A stretch of DNA of 64,000 bases from an uncultured Thermoplasmata archaeon (GTDB lineage: Archaea; Thermoplasmatota; Thermoplasmata; RBG-16-68-12), in NCBI GenBank assembly GCA_963768855.1, contig CAVYJM010000011.1, positions 224,001-288,000 on the forward strand, given 5' to 3'. The notes under the pieces are model-generated. The model saw nothing but the letters and a program-made list of their open reading frames with translations. It did not search any database and was not told where the DNA came from. Shown in pieces: positions 57,141 through 64,000 of the stretch. Both the position numbers and the translations under genes were made by a program. How positions within the stretch are numbered: position 1 is the first letter of the stretch; each line of letters opens with the position of its first letter.

Positions 57141-58140
57141 TCTTGATTCGCGGATCCAGGTAAAGCAAGATGAAGTCAGAGACGAAATTGGCTAGAACGA
57201 TGGCCACGCCCCCGATCACGATGATGAACTGGAGCAGCGGGAAGTCGAGATCGGTGATGGCCTGGATCGTCTCCCAGCCGATCCCTTTGTACCCGAACAC
57301 CACCTCGACTTGGTATGCCCCCCCGATGATGAATGCTAGGTCCAGGGCGATGAGGGAGACCATCGGCGGCAAACCGTTTGGAAAGATGTGCCGCCGGAGG
57401 ATCTGCCGGTCGCTGAGCCCTTTGGCCTTCGCCGTCGTGACGAAGTCCTCCGTCATCACATCAATCAGCGAGCTGCGCATGACGAGGGAGACCCCCGCGA
57501 GGGTCCCGAGGGTCAAGGTGAGGGTCGGCAGGATCAGATGCACGGCCGTGCTGGAGATGTGGCTCCAGTCCCACGCCCACGGTCCTAACCTGTCGTCGAA
57601 ATATCCGTTTCCCGGGAGGACGGGCCACCACGAGAACGTTGAGCGGATGAAGGAGTTCGGGGCGAAGCTCCAGAGGAGCATGAACCCGAGCCAGAAGGTC
57701 GGCATCCCGTAGAGGAAGATCCCGAACCCGGTGGTGACCAGGTCGAACGGCTTCCCGCGTCTCACCGCCGCGTAGGAGCCGATCAGCATCCCCAGGATGA
57801 TCGTGAGGACAGTCGAGGTCCCTACGAGGAGCAGGGTCCAGCCCAGGTCCCGCATCAGGATGTCGAAGACGGGCTGTTTGTAGTAGAAAGAGAGGCCCCA
57901 ATTCAGCGTGAACGTGTTCTGGAGGTAGATTAGGAACTGCATGTAGACGGGCTTGTCGAACCCGAACAGCTGCTGGTTATACGCGGCGAGGCCCGCGTAC
58001 TTCGGGTCATGGGGCGTGAGGCTGATGACCGGGTTCCCCGGCATCAGCCGGACGAGTATGTAGTTTAAACAAACAATCCCGAAGATCGTGATCACGGCGT
58101 TGATAGACCGCCGTGTCACGATCCTCAGGATTCTCCTCAT
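57133..58140 (-). CDS. Oligopeptide ABC permease OppB
   Basis: MPGNP, MPTFWLG, DFVTTAKAKG, DFPLLQ, LDPRI. Confidence 0.9.
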   Translation of the reverse strand: MRRILRIVTRRSINAVITIFGIVCLNYILVRLMPGNPVISLTPHDPKYAGLAAYNQQLFGFDKPVYMQFLIYLQNTFTLNWGLSFYYKQPVFDILMRDLGWTLLLVGTSTVLTIILGMLIGSYAAVRRGKPFDLVTTGFGIFLYGMPTFWLGFMLLWSFAPNSFIRSTFSWWPVLPGNGYFDDRLGPWAWDWSHISSTAVHLILPTLTLTLGTLAGVSLVMRSSLIDVMTEDFVTTAKAKGLSDRQILRRHIFPNGLPPMVSLIALDLAFIIGGAYQVEVVFGYKGIGWETIQAITDLDFPLLQFIIVIGGVAIVLANFVSDFILLYLDPRIKIA

Positions 58141-58180
58141 CGACTCTCACTCCCATCCGTGTGGGGTTCTCCAGGCATCC

Positions 58181-60805
58181 TTAGGGTGGCGGTTGTGCCG
58201 GAGGGCTTTGCTTTGGCTCCTCCGTGATTTCCGCCTCCTCCTTCTTGGACTGTTTCCTGCGTCTCCACACGACCGCGGCGACCGCGATGACGATTATGGC
58301 CACGATTGCGATCGGGATGCCGTAGTCGATCAGCGGGTTGGACTGGGGCGTCGTGCCACCGCCGGGTTTGCTCGGCGGCTTGATGACCTGCACGGTCGCG
58401 TTGACGCTTGGACTGTGGTTCAGGTTCAACGCGGTCTTGTTATCCGAGACCGTCGCAACCGCTTTGTACGTCCCGATCGCGCTATACGCATGGGTTTCCG
58501 ACACGGTCACCCCGTCGTGGGTTCCCGAGGCAGAGTAGCTCGTGACCGTCGCGCTGCCGTCACCGAAGCTCCAGGTGGCGTACAGCGGGTCGCCCTCGTA
58601 GTCCTTCGCGCTCAGGTTGAACCACAGGTTCTGGTCCGGGTACGCCGTCACGACATTCGGCCCGAACGTCAGGATCTGCGGCGGCAGGTTGATCGACCCC
58701 GCCGGCACGATCGTCGCGGTCGTGCTCCCGCACGCAGGGAACTCCGAGTTCGACACTCGGACCTTGATCGTATAGTTCCCGACGGATGCGTACGTGTGCG
58801 CCACCTGCGAGGAGGTCGTGTTGGCGAGCGGGCTGCCGTCCCCGAAGTCGAACGAGTAGTTCAAGGTCGACGCGTACGGATCGTTCACGGTGACCGAGAT
58901 CGTCGCATCGTTCCCGTTGACCCATTGGACGGCAGGGAAGTTCACGATGACCGGCGCCGGATTGTCGGCCGGGTCCACCTGAGCCCACAGGTTCATCAGG
59001 TCACTGTCCGGGGTGAGCCCGTTGTACTTGCCCCAGTCACCCCAGTTCATCCACCCCTGCGTCCCGGGCGTGGCCGATGCCGCTGCGTACAGGTCGTCCT
59101 TGTAGAACCCGATGATGTACGAGCTGTAGTTGTACACCATCATCTGCATCTCGTTCAGGATTACGCGGCGGGCAGCCGGGTCGATCGTCGTGACGGACTG
59201 GTTGTAGAGCGCATCGAAGGTCGCGTTCGAGTAGAAGTTGTCGCTCGTGGGTCCGATCGCCTGAGTCGTCTCGACCTCCAGGATGTCCGTGGAGGGATCC
59301 GAGGCCGGGGTGAAGACCCAGTCCCACAGCCACATGTCGTAGTCGCCACTGAGCCAGTAGCCGCTCATCTGGTTGATGCTGTACGCGCCGAATCCGGGAT
59401 TGCTGTGAACATCCGTGGTCTCGATTCCTGCTTGGTTGAGCCACGTCACCATGTCGCCGGCCGCTTTCTTCCACCAATCTTCCGTGTTCAGCGTGTAGAA
59501 GCGGAAGATGAGCCCGTTCGTTCCACCGGCTTGGTAGAGTGGGGTCGCGCCAGGGTTGAGTGTGCCGCTGGAGTCGTACTTCCAGCCGGCTGCATTCAGC
59601 ATCGCCCGTGCCGCGGCCGTGTCGAAGTGGTAGGTGTACTGAGCCGGCGGGGTGAAGTGCCACGGGTTCGTGTCCGGGACCAAGGAGTCCGCGACATTGC
59701 CCAACCCGAGCAGGGCATCTTCGATGATTCCGCTCTTGTTGATACTCATGGCGACGGCCCGACGGACTGTCCAGTTCGTCGCGAGGATCTGGTTGTTCGA
59801 GCCGGTCCTGAATTGAGTCAGCCCGCTCGCGACGTACTGAGCACGCTGCGCCGTGGTCATTACGTTGATCGAGGGTGCCTCACCCACGAAGCCCTGGTCG
59901 ACCGCCCACTTCGGGGACCAGTCCTTCAGCGTCGTCGTGTAGGTCGTCGGGTCGATGCCAATGATTGCGCTCAACCCGTTCGCCGCGTTCTGGAAGTCGG
60001 AGACCATCTGGGTCGGGTTCGTGTAGGAGATGTACCGGATCTCGTCCGGCTTCATGACCTCGCAGTAGTAGGTGTCCCAATAGTAGTTCAGACTCCTCCG
60101 GAAGACGGCCAGGCTCGCGGACGAGTTCGCGTTGTCGTAGTAGTATCCCCCCGATCCGATTGGATACTTGGGGTTGTACTTGACCGGGTTCGGGACGCCG
60201 GCCCAGACGTACTGAGGCAGGATCGGGATGTTCACCGCGGTCGAGTACATCGTCGCCACGGGGCGCTTCGTGACGATCTGGACCGTGTAGGTGTCCATCG
60301 CCGTGATCGACTTGATATCGCTCGTGTAGGTGTTCAGGATACTTGCGTTGTTATTCATCTGCAGTTGGTACGAGAACACGACATCTGCGGACGTCACCGG
60401 GTGCGCCTGGCTAGAGGGGTTGGCCGGATCCGTGAAGAAGGCGTCGTGGACGATGTTGAACGTCCAGGTGACATTGTCAGGCGCGAGGTTCCACGAGTAC
60501 GCCAGCTCGCCGCGGATCGCATATGCCTTGTCGTGGGTAAGCAACGTGCTGTACACGGTGTAGACCACGATGTATTCGTCGACCAACGTAATGGCCATCG
60601 GATTGAAGGTGGTCACCGTCCACGCTTGCGTCCCAATCCTCAACGATCGGAACTGCGGGGTTCCGACCGCCGCGGCCGAACGCGATCCGAGCGTGACCAC
60701 GCCCACGAACGCGCCGATGACAAGCACCGCGACCAGGGTCGCGGCTACGACAGACTTCACCCACGCTAGCCGAATCGGATTGTCTCCTCCCGTCACGTGA
60801 TTCAA
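58181..60805 (-). CDS. OppA-type substrate-binding protein with two PKD domains and C-terminal TM anchor
   Basis: SBP_bac_5 motifs (TSADVVFS, VRRAVAMSINK); FDFGDG and WSFGDG PKD repeats; TM helix followed by WRRRKQ. Confidence 0.88.
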   Translation of the reverse strand: MNHVTGGDNPIRLAWVKSVVAATLVAVLVIGAFVGVVTLGSRSAAAVGTPQFRSLRIGTQAWTVTTFNPMAITLVDEYIVVYTVYSTLLTHDKAYAIRGELAYSWNLAPDNVTWTFNIVHDAFFTDPANPSSQAHPVTSADVVFSYQLQMNNNASILNTYTSDIKSITAMDTYTVQIVTKRPVATMYSTAVNIPILPQYVWAGVPNPVKYNPKYPIGSGGYYYDNANSSASLAVFRRSLNYYWDTYYCEVMKPDEIRYISYTNPTQMVSDFQNAANGLSAIIGIDPTTYTTTLKDWSPKWAVDQGFVGEAPSINVMTTAQRAQYVASGLTQFRTGSNNQILATNWTVRRAVAMSINKSGIIEDALLGLGNVADSLVPDTNPWHFTPPAQYTYHFDTAAARAMLNAAGWKYDSSGTLNPGATPLYQAGGTNGLIFRFYTLNTEDWWKKAAGDMVTWLNQAGIETTDVHSNPGFGAYSINQMSGYWLSGDYDMWLWDWVFTPASDPSTDILEVETTQAIGPTSDNFYSNATFDALYNQSVTTIDPAARRVILNEMQMMVYNYSSYIIGFYKDDLYAAASATPGTQGWMNWGDWGKYNGLTPDSDLMNLWAQVDPADNPAPVIVNFPAVQWVNGNDATISVTVNDPYASTLNYSFDFGDGSPLANTTSSQVAHTYASVGNYTIKVRVSNSEFPACGSTTATIVPAGSINLPPQILTFGPNVVTAYPDQNLWFNLSAKDYEGDPLYATWSFGDGSATVTSYSASGTHDGVTVSETHAYSAIGTYKAVATVSDNKTALNLNHSPSVNATVQVIKPPSKPGGGTTPQSNPLIDYGIPIAIVAIIVIAVAAVVWRRRKQSKKEEAEITEEPKQSPPAQPPP

Positions 60806-61073
60806 CCCCTGCCCCCCACGCGTCCCGCACGTCAGAAGAGGTAGATAACAGAACGCTTCGTGGGCAGTCTGATACCGTAGAAATTCTTGACATTCTATAT
60901 AATGCTTCTCGAAGTACTCGGCACGGCCTAGGTCGTCCTAACGATTTGTTTTCTGAGAGCGAAACAACGACCTGACGTCCATTTATGCGCTAGACCCGCC
61001 GGTCTTCATCCCCCTGCGGGTTGGCGCCTGGTCAACCGCGCCCGAGGGATGCGTGCGGCCTGGGCGGACAGGC

Positions 61074-62639
61074 CTACGCCTCGTACAGGGAGTGGCTTTG
61101 CTCGTGCATGAACTGCGGGAGGTAGAAGTATCCGCCCGCGGCCTTGCCCGAGATCCCGGACATCTTCCAGCCACCGAAGGGCTGGACCCCGACCACTGCG
61201 CCCGTCGTCGATCCGGCGGCGCGGTTCGCGTACATGACGCCGGCCGCGCACTCCCGGAAGAAGCGGTCGACCTCCGCGGGGTTCTTGGAGAAGATCCCTG
61301 CGGTCAGCCCGTAGTCCGTCGAGTTCGCGAGGTCCATCGCATCGTCCAGGCCGCTGACCTCGATGATGGACAGGATCGGGACGAACAGCTCCTCGTTGTT
61401 CACGCGGTGCTTCCTCGGGAGGCCGTCCACGATCGTGGGCTTGACGAAGAGGCCGTCTCCCTTCAGGACCTCGCCGCCGGTCAGGATCTTTCCCCGCCCC
61501 TTCTTCACATCGGCGATCGCCTTCGCGTAGGTCTTCACCGCCGCCTCGTTGATCACGGGACCGAGGTACACGTCCCGCTGGGTGGGGTCTCCCATCTTGA
61601 TCTTCTCCGTCTCCGCGACGAGCTTCTCGACGAAGGCCTTCTTGACGCGCTTGTCGACGAGCACGCGCGAGCAGGCGGAGCACTTCTGTCCGCCGAAGCC
61701 GAACGCGGCGCGCATGGCGCCCAGGGCCGCCTTCTCGAGGTCCGCGTTCTCCGTGACGATCGTCGGGTTCTTCCCGCCCAGCTCCGTGATGATCGGCTTG
61801 GGGAACGTCTCGCTGAACGTGCGGTACGCGCCGAGCCCGACGTCGCGGGATCCCGTGAAGACGAACCCGGCGACATCCGTGTTGTCGACGAGCTCCTGGC
61901 CGACCGTCGACCCGGGGCCCGTGACGTAGTTGAAGACTCCCTTGGGCACGCCGGCCTCGCGGAAGATCAGGCAGAGCTCCCACCCCATGTAGGGCGTGTC
62001 GCTCGCCGGCTTGAACACGGCCGTGTTGCCCGTGATCATCGCGCCCGCGGACATGCCGCCCGCGATCGCGAACGGGAAGTTGAACGGGGCGACGACCGCC
62101 CAGACGCCGTAGGGCTTGAGCAGGTCCCGCGTCTTCTCCCCGGGCACGTACTGCCCCATGGCGAAGTCGTAGCCGTGGTTCCGCTCCATCTCCTCCGCAT
62201 ACCAGCGGATCAGGTCCGCCGTCTCGTCCACGTCGGCCATGGACTCGTAGCGGTTCTTCCCGTTCTCGAAGGACATCAGGGCGGCGTAGTAGAATTTCTT
62301 CGCGCTGACGAGGTCCGCGGCGCGGCGGAAGATCCGGACGCGCTCCTCCCAGCCCGTGGCGGACCATGCGGGGAACGCCTTCTTCGCGGCTTCGACGGCC
62401 CGCTTCGCGTGGGCCTTCGTCCCCTTTTGGAACGTGCCGAGCACGAGCTTGCGGTTTGAGGGCGAGGTGTCCGTGAAGCTCTCCCGAGTCCAGATCTCCT
62501 TGCCGTCGATGAACAGCGGGTGCTTCGCACCCAGGTCCATCCGGACCTGCTCGACCGCGGCCTCGTAGGCCTGATGGAACTCGTCCGTCTTCCCTGCCTC
62601 GACCGCATTCTGCCACGTGCGCTCGTTCTTGAAAACCAT
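61074..62639 (-). CDS. Aldehyde dehydrogenase, P5C dehydrogenase-like
   Basis: APFNFP, FTGSRDVG, ELGGKNP, GQKCSACSR, EELFVP, QPFGGWKMSG. Confidence 0.88.
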   Translation of the reverse strand: MVFKNERTWQNAVEAGKTDEFHQAYEAAVEQVRMDLGAKHPLFIDGKEIWTRESFTDTSPSNRKLVLGTFQKGTKAHAKRAVEAAKKAFPAWSATGWEERVRIFRRAADLVSAKKFYYAALMSFENGKNRYESMADVDETADLIRWYAEEMERNHGYDFAMGQYVPGEKTRDLLKPYGVWAVVAPFNFPFAIAGGMSAGAMITGNTAVFKPASDTPYMGWELCLIFREAGVPKGVFNYVTGPGSTVGQELVDNTDVAGFVFTGSRDVGLGAYRTFSETFPKPIITELGGKNPTIVTENADLEKAALGAMRAAFGFGGQKCSACSRVLVDKRVKKAFVEKLVAETEKIKMGDPTQRDVYLGPVINEAAVKTYAKAIADVKKGRGKILTGGEVLKGDGLFVKPTIVDGLPRKHRVNNEELFVPILSIIEVSGLDDAMDLANSTDYGLTAGIFSKNPAEVDRFFRECAAGVMYANRAAGSTTGAVVGVQPFGGWKMSGISGKAAGGYFYLPQFMHEQSHSLYEA

Positions 62640-62812
62640 GGATCCTCACCCGCTGGCCGACGGATGTCCCAGCCCGGAAAATAAGGTTTCGGAATGTACG
62701 GTTCTGTCCGAAGTCGGATGACGAACCGCTTCCCGCGCTCAGCTCCAGGGATTTTCACTTTCACCCCACTCCCATGAGAACTTCCAGCCTATGGACGCCA
62801 TTCGAGTTCCCG

Positions 62813-64000
62813 ATGGGCGTCTCACGCGTCGTCCGCAGCCTCTCGTTCACTGTCGACGAGTTGCCCGCACCCCTCCGCTGGCTGCTCAGCGAGTTCCGGC
62901 TCGTCGTCAACAAATCCATCCGCATCGCGCTCCGCGACGATCTTCGCTCCCGCTTCCGGCTGTCGAAGGCGGCGTACGCAGGCTTGTCGGCGGAGCACGA
63001 CTTGTACAAGCAGTACATCTCGAGTGCCTTCGAGGTCGCCCTCGGCGTCCTGAAGAACCACCGGAGACGAATGAGACAGAAGAGGAAATCCAACATACCA
63101 TACCTCCGCCGGCTCTTGCTCAAGGCGGAGAACCAGTCGTACCGGCTCGACCGGACGACGGGAAAACTTCGCATTCCAATCCGGCGCGGTGAGCACGTCG
63201 AGATCGACCTGCCAATCTCCCGCTGGCACCGCTCAATCCTGTCGGACCCCGCCTGGGGCCTCGGCTCGCTCACCGTGATTCCAGGGAAAATCATCGTCGT
63301 CGTTCGGAAACAGGCACCCAAAGCCTACGAGCCGGTCTCTGCCGTCGCTCTTGACACGAATGAGGACTCTCTTGACGGCGTGATGGCCGCGCGTGGCGTC
63401 GCACAGCTGGTCACCATCCCCCTCGGTGGCGTCCGCCAGGTGCAGGCGACCCACTTCCGCCGCCGGAGGTACCTCGCGTCGAAGAAGACCCATGACCGGC
63501 GGGTCGCCCGTCGTCTCCTCGGCCGCGAGGGCCGCAGGGAGCGGAATCGGGTGCGCCAGCGACTCCACCGGGTTTCGAAGACCCTAATCGCCTCGGCGAA
63601 GGGCCAGAAGGCCGCCCTCGTCCTCGAGGACCTCACCCTGCATGGTGCAGGCAGCCGTTCATGTCGAACGAACCGCCGCCTGTCGTCCTGGCCCCGCGGC
63701 GAGCTCCACCGTCAGATCGAGTACAAGGCCGCCCTCGCGGGCGTGCCGATCATCAAGGTCAATCCTGCCTGGACGAGCAAGACCTGCCCAGTGTGTGGCG
63801 CCCGGCGCCGAGATAGGGTGGGCCCGGACTTCGTCTGCGAGATGTGCGACTGGGAAATGGACCGGCAGCACAACGCAGGGCTGAACATCCTGAAATCCGC
63901 CTTGACCTCGAACGAGGCCTTGGCAAGGGCTGTACGGTTCCAGCCCGGTGCCCTCCGCCATGATGTGGTGAGTCCCCTCTGCAATCTGCCAGCGTTGCTG
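62813..64000 (+). CDS. tnpB: TnpB-family protein copy 2, 3'-truncated by window end (absent from ORF track)
   Basis: Manual translation MGVSRVVRSLSF...ALDTNE...LVLEDL...TCPVCG...DRQHNAGLNI; alternative in-frame ATG at 62774. Confidence 0.85.
   Translation, partial: MGVSRVVRSLSFTVDELPAPLRWLLSEFRLVVNKSIRIALRDDLRSRFRLSKAAYAGLSAEHDLYKQYISSAFEVALGVLKNHRRRMRQKRKSNIPYLRRLLLKAENQSYRLDRTTGKLRIPIRRGEHVEIDLPISRWHRSILSDPAWGLGSLTVIPGKIIVVVRKQAPKAYEPVSAVALDTNEDSLDGVMAARGVAQLVTIPLGGVRQVQATHFRRRRYLASKKTHDRRVARRLLGREGRRERNRVRQRLHRVSKTLIASAKGQKAALVLEDLTLHGAGSRSCRTNRRLSSWPRGELHRQIEYKAALAGVPIIKVNPAWTSKTCPVCGARRRDRVGPDFVCEMCDWEMDRQHNAGLNILKSALTSNEALARAVRFQPGALRHDVVSPLCNLPALL

Noticed and set aside
60888-60903. 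Bacterial sigma70 promoter TTGACA...TATAAT
   Set aside because: Spacer is only about 4 bp; more likely an archaeal AT-rich TATA region for oppA.

Overview
GC-rich archaeal chromosome segment. A Thermoplasmata-like host is inferred from TATA-type promoters, a thiolase/HMGCS-fold/DUF35 cluster, a PKD-containing OppA and a Rab-like GTPase. Host metabolic genes flank a ~21 kb element integrated at tRNA-Val(GAC) (24-bp att repeats at 12530-12553 and 33494-33517). The element carries a tyrosine integrase, a serine resolvase, a NikR-nikMNQO nickel module and a lower-GC defence block. That block contains a fused type IIG-like RM enzyme, a UDG-like + HEPN pair, a QueC/QatC-like operon with an N-terminal-Gly partner (no qatA/qatD), and DUF5131 + TcmP. 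The right half holds a thiolase, a catalytically dead HMG-CoA-synthase-like protein, DUF35, a CoA-transferase and a class III aminotransferase. Next to these are a DmpA peptidase and an Opp transporter whose OppF has a membrane-helix insertion. Two colinear TnpB copies both lack the RuvC-III Asp but keep a conserved omegaRNA-like 3' end. The best candidate for an undescribed system is the QueC-like deazaguanylation-type operon. Runners-up are the nuclease-dead TnpB pair, the pseudo-HMGCS acyl-CoA cluster and the UDG-HEPN pair.
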